A DNA stretch of 58,631 nt from Ilumatobacteraceae bacterium (GTDB lineage Bacteria > Actinomycetota > Acidimicrobiia > Acidimicrobiales > Ilumatobacteraceae), in the NCBI GenBank assembly GCA_040401695.1, contig JBBANY010000002.1:1-58631 (forward strand), written 5' to 3'. Shown piece by piece: positions 34,689 to 44,033 of the stretch. A model generated the notes under the pieces. It was not told where the DNA came from. It worked only from the letters and a program-made list of their open reading frames with translations, and searched no databases. Both the position numbers and the translations under genes were made by a program. The number at the start of each line of letters is the position of its first letter. The first letter of the stretch is position 1.

Positions 34689-35592
34689 GTGCGATGAAGT
34701 CGTTGACGACTGCGGCCAACTCTTCGCCTTTGTCTTCCTGGATGAAGTGTCCGCCGCCGGCGATGGTGGTGTGCGGCTGGCCGGTTGCGCCCGGAATCAA
34801 CTTCTGGAAGTGGCGATCTGCGCCGGCAGTGATCGGATCGCTGTCACCGAACGCGGTGAGGAACGGCTTGTTCCATTCCATCAAGGCCGTCCACGCCGCG
34901 CGGTTCGGTTCGGCCGACGGATCATCGGGGGATGCAGGAACGAGCGTCGGGAAAATTCGCGCACCGGCTTTGTAGGAATCGTCGGGGTAGGGGGCGTCGT
35001 ATGCGGCGACGTTGTGCGAGCCGATGGGTCGCGATGCGCAACCACCCTGCACGATGTTGCCGACGTTGAAGTCGGGCGTCGTCTGGCTGTACTCGCGCCA
35101 CGCGCGGAACGCGGCGCCCGGGTCGCGGTCCCCCGTGGGGAGAAACGTGTTTGCGGTGACGACGCGCGCGAACCGATCGGGAAACGCGGCGACCAGTCGC
35201 AGGCCGATGAGGCCGCCCCAGTCCTGACAGACCAACGTCAGGTTCGACAGGTCGTTCGCGACGAGCCAATCGGACATCCATGCAACGTGGCGTTCGTAGG
35301 TGTAGTCAGCCATCGCAGCTGGTTTGTCGCTGCGGCCGAAGCCGACGAGGTCGGGGGCGATGACGCGATGGCCCGCCGCAACGAAGCTGCGAATCATTTT
35401 GCGGTAGAGGTACGCCCACGAAGGTTCGCCGTGCATGCACAAAATCGTGTGCGCCGCGGTTTTCGGACCTTCGTCGATGTGGTGAACCCGCAGCACCGAC
35501 CCGTCACCTGACGGAACATCGGTGTAGACGGGGGGATAGGGCCACTCGGCCAATCCTTCGAAGCGGCTGTCGGGTGTGCGCAGGATTTCCAT
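34678..35592 (-). CDS. haloalkane dehalogenase-like alpha/beta hydrolase
   Basis: MEILRTPDSRFEGL..., HGEPSWAYLYRKMI and nucleophile elbow VCQDWGG (Asp nucleophile, as in haloalkane dehalogenases). ATG at 35592. Confidence 0.8.
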   Translation of the reverse strand: MEILRTPDSRFEGLAEWPYPPVYTDVPSGDGSVLRVHHIDEGPKTAAHTILCMHGEPSWAYLYRKMIRSFVAAGHRVIAPDLVGFGRSDKPAAMADYTYERHVAWMSDWLVANDLSNLTLVCQDWGGLIGLRLVAAFPDRFARVVTANTFLPTGDRDPGAAFRAWREYSQTTPDFNVGNIVQGGCASRPIGSHNVAAYDAPYPDDSYKAGARIFPTLVPASPDDPSAEPNRAAWTALMEWNKPFLTAFGDSDPITAGADRHFQKLIPGATGQPHTTIAGGGHFIQEDKGEELAAVVNDFIARGA

Positions 35593-35672
35593 GAATTTGC
35601 ACCGTAAGTGCAAGAACATCCCGAGTCAAGAGCCGGTTGCGCAACGCCGTCGGGCGTGGCAGACTCATCTTC

Positions 35673-35726
35673 GTGACAAACGGACGCGCGCTTCGCCCTG
35701 AAATTCAGGTGGTAGTAACTCCGTAG
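35673..35726 (+). CDS. candidate ilvBNC leader peptide (M)TNGRALRPEIQVVVTP
   Basis: 17-codon ORF (GTG start, TAG stop) with Ile plus three consecutive Val codons. It lies about 30 nt upstream of an intrinsic terminator and 150 nt upstream of ilvB. No clear RBS. Confidence 0.45.
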   Translation: MTNGRALRPEIQVVVTP

Positions 35727-35753
35727 GCGCACGTCCCATATCACGTACGCCTG

Positions 35754-35777
35754 GGCTCCCTGCGGGGGGCCTTTTTT
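35754..35777 (+). terminator. intrinsic terminator in the ilvB leader (attenuator)
   Basis: Stem GGCTCCC / GGGGGCC (7 bp including one GU), loop TGCG, followed by TTTTTT. It is preceded by a possible alternative hairpin GGCGCACGT...ACGTACGCC (35727..35752). Confidence 0.6.
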
Positions 35778-35874
35778 GTTGCCCAAAAATCCCCGGTTTT
35801 CGCAGATTTTTTGCCGAAACCAACCGAAATCTCCCGCCAGCCAATTGACTTAACCAAATTCCGAGGAGGAACAC

Positions 35875-37619
35875 ATGAAGATCACCGGCGCCGAGGCCCT
35901 CATCAAGGCCCTCGAAATGGAAAAAGTCGACGTCATGTTCGGCTACCCGGGCGGCTGCATTCTGCCCGCCTACGACCCGCTGCTTCAGTCGCCGATTCGC
36001 CACATCCTCGTGCGTCACGAACAGGGCGCCGGTCACATGGCCGAGGGCTATGCCCACGTCACGGGCCGCCCGGGCGTCGCCATGGTCACGAGTGGCCCCG
36101 CCGCGACGAACCTTGTCACGCCCCTGTGCGATGCGTACATGGACTCGATTCCGATGGTTGCGATCACCGGCCAGGTGTCGACGACCGCGATCGGAACCGA
36201 CGCGTTCCAGGAATGCGACACGGTCGGGATCACGCGCAGCATCACGAAGCACAACGAGCTCGTCATGTCACCTGCCGACATTCCACTCGCCGTGCGTCAG
36301 GCCTTTCACATCGCCACCACTGGCCGCCCCGGCCCGGTGTTGTTGGATCTGCCGAAAGACGTGCTGCAGAACACGATGACGTGGCACTGGCCAACCGACG
36401 ACGAAGTCGCCGCAAGTCTGCCCGGCTACAAGCCGAACACGAAGGGTCATCCGCGCATGATCAAGGAGGCGGCGAAGTTGATGCTCGCCGCCGAACGCCC
36501 GGTTCTCTATCTCGGTGGCGGTGTGTTGAAGGCGCGCGCCGCGGAGCAGGTCAAGCAAATCGCCGAACTGTTGAACATCCCCGTCGTCACGACGCTGATG
36601 GCGCGCGGCGCATTCCCCGACAGTCATCCGCTGAACCTCGGCATGCCCGGCATGCACGGAACCGCTGCCGCCGTCACCGCTCTGCAGAAGAGTGACCTGT
36701 TGATCGCGCTCGGTGCGCGCTTCGACGACCGAGTGACCGGCAAGGTCGCAACGTTTGCACCCGAGGCGAAGATCATCCACGTCGACATCGACCCCGCCGA
36801 GCAGGGCAAGGTGCGCAAGCCCGACGTTCCGATCGTCGGTGACTGCCGCGAGGTCACGAAAGAACTCGTGAAGGCATTGCGCGAACTGCTCGACGGTGGC
36901 GAGAAGCAGGCCGACGTCGGTCCGTGGCGCAGCCGCGTGTCGGGATGGCGTGAGCAATTCCCGCTCACCTACGAACAGTCCGAACCGGGCGAAGCGTTGA
37001 AGCCGCAGTACTGCCTCGAAATGCTGCGCGACAATGCGCCCGAAGACACGATTCTCGTGTCGGGCGTCGGCCAGCACCAGATGTGGTCGAGTCAGTACTG
37101 GAAGTTCGAAAAGCCATACACCTGGGTCAACTCGGGCGGCCTTGGCACGATGGGCTTCTCGGTTCCGGCGGCCATCGGTGCGAAAGTCGGCTGCCCCGAC
37201 AAGACCGTGTGGGCGATCGATGGCGACGGTTGTTTCCAGATGACCGCGCAGGAACTGATCACTGCGACGCTCAGCAACGTTCCGATCAAGGTCGGCATCC
37301 TCAACAACTCGTACCTCGGCATGGTGCGTCAGTGGCAGGAAATGTTCTACGGCGAGCGTTACAGCGAGGTCGACCTCGGCGGTGGCGTGCCCGACTTCGT
37401 CAAGTGGGCCGAGTCCATGGGTTGCGTCGGCATTCGCGTCGATTCGCCCGAAGAGGTCGAGCCCGCCATCGAGAAGGCAAACTCGATCAACGACCGTTCC
37501 GTCGTCGTCGACTTCCGCGTCGCCGAGGGCGAGAAAGTGTTCCCGATGGTGCCGGCAGGTGCCAGCAACGACGACATTCTTCTGCCACCGTCGCAGACCC
37601 CAAAGAGGGAGTTCCTCCG

Positions 37620-37623
<4 letters not shown>
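35875..37623 (+). CDS. ilvB: acetolactate synthase (acetohydroxy-acid synthase) large subunit
   Basis: 582 aa with a ThDP-enzyme layout ([22 protein letters not shown]-like [40 protein letters not shown]). RBS GAGGAGGA. Confidence 0.95.
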
Positions 37624-39175
<1,552 letters not shown>

Positions 39176-39180
39176 CGAAC

Positions 39181-39238
39181 CCCAAGGGTTCTCGGTGCGA
39201 AAAGACTCGGAAAACGGGTAATCGCCCACCGAGAAACC
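39181..39238. repeat. palindromic intergenic repeat, copy B
   Basis: CCCAAGGGTTCTCGGTGCGAAAAGACTCGGAAAACGGGTAATCGCCCACCGAGAAACC. It begins 6 nt after the ilvC stop and lies upstream of the true terminator. Confidence 0.6.
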
Positions 39239-39275
39239 TGATGGGAATTCTGAGGTAATACGCGAACGGAAAATC

Positions 39276-39315
39276 GAAGAGGCCCCGCCGTGTGGCGGGG
39301 CCTCTTCTTTTTGTT
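39276..39315 (+). terminator. intrinsic terminator of ilvBNC
   Basis: 14-bp perfect stem GAAGAGGCCCCGCC / GGCGGGGCCTCTTC with loop GTGT, followed by TTTTTGTTG. Confidence 0.8.
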
Positions 39316-39347
39316 GTGCACCTGATAGGGGCAGGTGATCGTGATCC

Positions 39348-39995
39348 TCAGCAGGTGACGCCGGGGATGCAGAGCTTCGGAAGGGTCACGGGCGAGGTGA
39401 GCTTCGTCAGGTCGGTGCCGGAGAGGTTCGAAGCGAGGCTCGGCGTGCCGGTGATCTTCGGGATGTTGCTCCAGTTCGCGGTGTTCGTCGCGGTCGTCGA
39501 CGCGGCAGGCTGTTGTGCGGCGGTTGCTGCTTGATCGGCGGCGGGCTGATCGACCGCGGGCTGTTCGGCGGGAACCGAGACAACCGAGGTCTCGCTCGTC
39601 GCGGGTGCCGGGGCGACCGCAACATCCTGCGTCGGGCTCGGCTCTGCGACCGTCGGTGCGGCCGGGGCAGTGTCCTGACTGGTCGAAGCCGGCTTCTTCT
39701 TCGTCGCCTTGGCCACCTTCTTCGTGGTTTGCGTCGTGGACTCAACTTTCGTTGCGACGACCGGTGCAGGCTGTGCTTCGGTGGCGACGATTTCGTCAGT
39801 CGCGGGGATCGCCTCGGCCGCGAGGTTCTGGAGAACATCTGCGACATTCGCAACCTGGGCCGGGGTGACGACTTTGTCGCCGGCCTTTCCGTCGCAGGCC
39901 ACGAGGCCCGCGGAGAGGAAGAGGGCGGCGGCGGTGGTGCCGGCGGCGATTGCGATGCGCTTCAGGTTCTTGTTGTTGATCCGGTTCGTGTTCAT
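39348..39995 (-). CDS. low-complexity secreted lipoprotein, function unknown
   Basis: ATG at 39995 is preceded by AAGGAGAAAA. It has a signal peptide with a lipobox (ALFLSAGLVACDG), an Ala/Pro/Thr/Gln-rich body, and a C-terminus ...LPKLCIPGVTC with two Cys. Confidence 0.65.
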   Translation of the reverse strand: MNTNRINNKNLKRIAIAAGTTAAALFLSAGLVACDGKAGDKVVTPAQVANVADVLQNLAAEAIPATDEIVATEAQPAPVVATKVESTTQTTKKVAKATKKKPASTSQDTAPAAPTVAEPSPTQDVAVAPAPATSETSVVSVPAEQPAVDQPAADQAATAAQQPAASTTATNTANWSNIPKITGTPSLASNLSGTDLTKLTSPVTLPKLCIPGVTC

Positions 39996-40141
39996 TGTTT
40001 TCTCCTTGTGTGGTGGGCCCCTTGTGGGCTTCGTTGCCGTACAGAGCCGCGACCCCCGCTGGCGCGGACACTTTTCTCCTGACTTTTTTGGAAATCCCTG
40101 AAACCCATGCAGCGCAACGGTTTCCGGGTGCATGCCGGTCC

Positions 40142-40193
40142 GGTTCTCGGTGCGAGATGTCGCGAAAAGCGGGTCAACACACACCGAGAACCC
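40142..40193. repeat. palindromic intergenic repeat, copy C
   Basis: GGTTCTCGGTGCGAGATGTCGCGAAAAGCGGGTCAACACACACCGAGAACCC has 11-12-bp perfect terminal inverted repeats. It lies in the 300-nt divergent region between the lipoprotein gene and metY. Confidence 0.6.
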
Positions 40194-40295
40194 GGGGGTT
40201 TTCGGCGCGGATCTTGACGAAAACTGCACCTGGAGGCGCCGAGAATCCAAAACCTGAGTTGATGAGTCGGGAATTGGGGCGTAGCGTCACCCGCC

Positions 40296-41606
40296 ATGAG
40301 CAACGCTTCCTGGGGTTTTGAAACCCGCCAAATCCACGCCGGCCAAAGCCCCGACCCCGCGACCGGTTCGCGCGCGGTGCCGATCTACCAGACCACCTCG
40401 TACCAGTTCCGTGACTCGGCGCACGCGCAGAACCTTTTCGCGCTCGCAGAGATCGGCAACATCTATACGCGCATCATGAACCCGACGCAGGCCGTGCTCG
40501 AAGCGCGCGTCGCAGATCTCGAAGGCGCAGTCACCACCGCAGTTGGTTTGCCCGGTGCCCTCGTCGTCAGCTCGGGTCAGGCCGCCGAGACGCTTGCGAT
40601 TCTCACGCTCGCAGAAGCGGGCAGCCACATCGTCGCGTCGCCGTCGCTGTACGGCGGCACGTACAACCTGTTGCACTACACGCTGCCAAAGATGGGAATC
40701 GAAGTGTCGTTCGTCGACGACCCGCACGACCTGCAGCAGTGGAAGAGCGCGGTGAAGCCGAACACGAAGGCCTTCTACGGTGAAGTTCTCGCCAACCCGA
40801 AGAACGACGTGTTCGACATCGAAGGTGTGTCGAAGGTTGCCCACGACGTCGGAGTGCCGCTCATCATCGACAACACGGTCCCGACCCCGTACGGCATTCG
40901 TCCGCTCGAGTGGGGTGCCGACATCGTCGTGCATTCACTCACCAAGTTCATGGGTGGCCACGGTTCGAGCATCGCCGGTGCGATCGTCGACGGCGGCAAG
41001 TTCGACTTCTCGGCGAGCGGTCGCTTCCCGAACTTCACCGAGCCCGACCCGTCGTACCACGGCCTCGCGTACTGGCCGGCTCTCGGACCGGGCAGCTACA
41101 TCATCAAGGCCCGCGTGCAGATGCTGCGCGACCTCGGCGCTGCCGTCAGCCCGTTCAACGCATGGACGATCCTGCAGGGAATCGAAACGTTGTCGCTGCG
41201 CATGGAGCGTCACTGGTCGAATGCGGCACAGGTCGCCGAGTACCTGACTAAGAACCCGAAGGTCGAAAGCGTGTCGTGGGCGGGACTCCCGTCGAGCCCG
41301 TGGAACGAGCGCGCGAAGAAGTACTTCCAGGGTCGCGGCTTTGGTTCGATCATCGCGTTCAACGTGAAGGGCGGCCGCGATGCGGGCCAGAAGTTCGCCG
41401 AGGCGCTGAAGTTGCACAGCCACGTCGCGAACATCGGTGACGTGCGCAGCCTCGTCATCCACCCTGCATCGACGACTCACAGCCAGTTGACCGAAGCAGA
41501 GCAACTTGCATCGGGTGTGCACCCGGGCATGGTTCGCCTCTCCGTGGGTCTCGAGACGATCGGCGACATCCTCGCCGACCTCGACCTCGGCTTCGCTGCG
41601 ATCTAA
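40296..41606 (+). CDS. metY: O-acetylhomoserine aminocarboxypropyltransferase (sulfhydrylase), PLP-dependent
   Basis: WGFETRQIHAGQSPDPATGSRAVPIYQTTSYQF, HSLTKFMGGHGSSIAG (PLP Lys) and the C-terminal RLSVGLETIGDILADL are typical of MetY/Cys-Met PLP enzymes. Confidence 0.9.
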   Translation: MSNASWGFETRQIHAGQSPDPATGSRAVPIYQTTSYQFRDSAHAQNLFALAEIGNIYTRIMNPTQAVLEARVADLEGAVTTAVGLPGALVVSSGQAAETLAILTLAEAGSHIVASPSLYGGTYNLLHYTLPKMGIEVSFVDDPHDLQQWKSAVKPNTKAFYGEVLANPKNDVFDIEGVSKVAHDVGVPLIIDNTVPTPYGIRPLEWGADIVVHSLTKFMGGHGSSIAGAIVDGGKFDFSASGRFPNFTEPDPSYHGLAYWPALGPGSYIIKARVQMLRDLGAAVSPFNAWTILQGIETLSLRMERHWSNAAQVAEYLTKNPKVESVSWAGLPSSPWNERAKKYFQGRGFGSIIAFNVKGGRDAGQKFAEALKLHSHVANIGDVRSLVIHPASTTHSQLTEAEQLASGVHPGMVRLSVGLETIGDILADLDLGFAAI

Positions 41607-41651
41607 CGCGGCTTTGCCGCCGTCCGGCACGGCATCAACTAACTTGGTCGC

Positions 41652-42188
41652 GTGAGCGACAGCATCGATACGCGTACGGGCTGGATGTCCAACGACGTCC
41701 TGAATGACGTGCGCGATCGGGTTCCCCTCGTTTACGTCGACGCGGTTCCCGTGCGCGTCGACGAGGCGGGAAACGTCACGCACGTTGGCATGCTGCTGCG
41801 TCAGGCCGCTGACGGTTCGATCAGCCGAATGGTCGTGTCGGGTCGTGTGATGCTGAATGAACGCATTCGCGAGGCGCTCATCCGCCACCTGGAAAAAGAC
41901 CTCGGCCCGCTCGCTCTGCCGCGTGTTCCTCCCGAGCCGGCACCATTCACCGTCGTCGAATATTTCCCGGACCCGACCGTGAGTGGCTTCCACGATCCGC
42001 GTCACCACGCGGTGTCGCTTGCCTATGTGGTGCCCGTGTCGGGGGAGTGTCAGCCAACGCAGCAAGCGTTGGAGCTCACGTGGTTCACGCCCGTTGAAGC
42101 AGTGAGTGACCGGGTGCGCCGCGAGATGACGGGCGGCCACGACCGCCTCATCCGCCTTGCGCTTGCTTCAGTCGGCCAACTGCCCTAG
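41652..42188 (+). CDS. NUDIX-fold-like protein (DUF4916-like), function unknown
   Basis: 178 aa (...VPLVYVDAVPVRVDEAGNVTHVGMLLRQ...GRVMLNERIREALIRHLEKDLG...). Family assignment is tentative and by eye. Confidence 0.55.
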   Translation: MSDSIDTRTGWMSNDVLNDVRDRVPLVYVDAVPVRVDEAGNVTHVGMLLRQAADGSISRMVVSGRVMLNERIREALIRHLEKDLGPLALPRVPPEPAPFTVVEYFPDPTVSGFHDPRHHAVSLAYVVPVSGECQPTQQALELTWFTPVEAVSDRVRREMTGGHDRLIRLALASVGQLP

Positions 42189-42601
42189 CCGCGACGGCGT
42201 CGGCGTACGACGCGCTTGTTCCCCGGGCGCAGGTGCGGCGCGGGGGAGATGACCGTGGTGTTGTCGTCGAGGGGAATTTGGATGCCGTCTTTGTCGATGT
42301 CGGTCGGTTCGCCCGAGAACTCCGACACCGCGGCGGGCTGTTCCTTTGGGCGGCGGCCCAACACCTGGTCGATGGCAAGCATGCCCCCTGCAACGATCGC
42401 CCCGGCGAGTCCGTGCTTGCGGTGGGCGCGGGCGACCATGCTCTCGCGTGCCTCGGCATTGCGGGCCTCGAGACGCGCTATGTCATCGTCGATCGTGTCA
42501 TCGTCGACCGCATCAAAGTCGACTGCACCACCGGCGACGGGATCATCTTCGACCGGCGCGTCGTGATCGACGGCGTGTTCGTCGTCGCGCTCGTCGGACA
42601 T
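42185..42601 (-). CDS. hypothetical acidic protein with one hydrophobic segment and an Arg-rich C-terminus
   Basis: 138 aa with coding-like codon usage: an Asp-rich N-terminus, then GLAGAIVAGGMLAI, ending RRRRRG. 4-nt convergent overlap with the previous gene. Confidence 0.5.
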   Translation of the reverse strand: MSDERDDEHAVDHDAPVEDDPVAGGAVDFDAVDDDTIDDDIARLEARNAEARESMVARAHRKHGLAGAIVAGGMLAIDQVLGRRPKEQPAAVSEFSGEPTDIDKDGIQIPLDDNTTVISPAPHLRPGNKRVVRRRRRG

Positions 42602-42659
42602 GAGTCGAGCGTACCGTTCATGTGACGGTCGTATTCGTCGGTGCGTCTAACATTCCGTC

Positions 42660-43583
42660 ATGCCAGAGGGCGACACGATCCATCGAGCAGCAGCGGCCCT
42701 GCGCACGGCGCTCGTGGGTCGTCAGATGGTCGGATTCGAGGCTCCGCGTCTGGCAGGTCCGGCACCTCGCGTGGGTCGCACGATCGAATCGGTCGATGTG
42801 CACGGCAAGCATCTCGAAATCGTGTGGGACGACAATGTCGTTCTGCACACGCACATGCGCATGACGGGCAGTTGGCATCTCTATCGACGCGGCGAGCGTT
42901 GGCGCAAGCCGAGGCGTCTCGCCCGTGTCGTCATCGAAACCATCGAGTGGGTTGCCGTGTGTTTCAGCGCACCCGTTGTCGAGACCTACCGTGCCGACAG
43001 CTTCGTACGTCATCCGAACTTTGGTCGGCTCGGTCCCGACTTGTGCAAGGCCGATGTCGACGTCGACGAATGCGTGCGCCGCATGATGTCGTACTCCGAC
43101 CCTTCGCGTTCGATCGCAGAAGTGATGCTCGACCAACACGTGATGTGTGGAGTCGGCAACGTATACCGATGCGAGGTGTTGTGGGCGTGCGAAGTTCATC
43201 CGCACGCCACGGTTGGTTCATTGCCACAGTCGGCATGCGTCGAGCTCGTGCGCACCGCCGCCGACATGCTGCAGGCGAATCTGCAGCACACCGCACGCAT
43301 CACCACGACGACGACACCCGGCGGTCTCGCGGTGTACGGCCGGAACCATCAGCGTTGTGAACGCTGCCAGGGAATCGTCGCCGTCGAACAGCACGGCCAA
43401 CCACCGCGCCTGTTGTACTGGTGTCCCGAATGCCAGACGCGCTGTCAGCCTGCTCCGAAGCGCGACGATTCGAACCCGCTCGCCCGACGTACCGACCCGC
43501 ACCCTGCCGGTTCGCAATTCATCGCCGAACTGATCGACGACCACGATCGCTTCAGCGATGTCGACGAACTGGAAGCCAGTTAG
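42660..43583 (+). CDS. nei: Fpg/Nei-family DNA glycosylase / AP lyase (endonuclease VIII-like)
   Basis: N-terminal MPEGDTIHR (catalytic Pro2/Glu3), an H2TH region and a C-terminal zinc finger CERCQG...YWCPECQ, followed by an extension of about 40 aa. Confidence 0.85.
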   Translation: MPEGDTIHRAAAALRTALVGRQMVGFEAPRLAGPAPRVGRTIESVDVHGKHLEIVWDDNVVLHTHMRMTGSWHLYRRGERWRKPRRLARVVIETIEWVAVCFSAPVVETYRADSFVRHPNFGRLGPDLCKADVDVDECVRRMMSYSDPSRSIAEVMLDQHVMCGVGNVYRCEVLWACEVHPHATVGSLPQSACVELVRTAADMLQANLQHTARITTTTTPGGLAVYGRNHQRCERCQGIVAVEQHGQPPRLLYWCPECQTRCQPAPKRDDSNPLARRTDPHPAGSQFIAELIDDHDRFSDVDELEAS

Positions 43584-43608
43584 TCACACGGAAGCCAGCT
43601 AGTCACAC
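43571..43608 (+). repeat. 19-bp tandem duplication spanning the nei stop codon
   Basis: GGAAGCCAGTTAGTCACAC is followed directly by GGAAGCCAGCTAGTCACAC (18/19 identical), then a partial GGCAGCC. Confidence 0.7.
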
Positions 43609-43628
43609 GGCAGCCGGTCGGCAGGTGA

Positions 43629-44033
43629 CTAATCCCCGAGCAGGCTGCGCGAGGCCAACACGCGGTCGACTGTGATCACCAGTGCGACGCGGTCGGGGCG
43701 TTCCTTGGGCTGTTGGTATCGGGCTGCGTAGCCGGCCACCGCGGCGGCAACGTCCCCCGGGTCGGTCGTCGCGCGAATGACGCCTTCGAGGGTGACCCAA
43801 CGGCCTCCGTCGACCTGCGAAACCGCGGCACGGCCGCCACGGCGGGCGTTGGCGACCTTCTGGCAGCCGTCGAAGGTGATGATGCGCACTTCACCCGCTG
43901 ACGCGTCGTAGCTGAACCCCACCGGCACGACGTGCGGGCTACCGTCGGCGCGCAGGGTGGTGAGCGACGCGAGATGGCGTTCGGCGAGGAAGTCGGCGAG
44001 CGCGGCCGAAAGGTCAGACGGTCGTGATGGCAT
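43629..44033 (-). CDS. PPOX-class (pyridoxamine 5'-phosphate oxidase-like) probable F420/FMN-dependent protein
   Basis: ATG at 44033 (MPSRPSDLSAALADFLAERHLASLTTLRADGSPHVVPVGFSYD...) shows a typical split-barrel PPOX family pattern. 135 aa. Confidence 0.75.
   Translation of the reverse strand: MPSRPSDLSAALADFLAERHLASLTTLRADGSPHVVPVGFSYDASAGEVRIITFDGCQKVANARRGGRAAVSQVDGGRWVTLEGVIRATTDPGDVAAAVAGYAARYQQPKERPDRVALVITVDRVLASRSLLGD

Noticed and set aside
40000-40295. A SAM riboswitch (SAM-I/IV or SAM-VI type), expected upstream of metY in actinobacteria
   Set aside because: The region has a hairpin (CATGCA-GCGCAACGGTTTCCGGG-TGCATG, 40107..40135) and a GCAAC...GGTGC pair of words reminiscent of SAM-I/IV cores. 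I could not find the remaining conserved core or a four-way or pseudoknot architecture. Much of the region is occupied by the dispersed repeat copy C. A covariance-model scan would be needed before making any claim.
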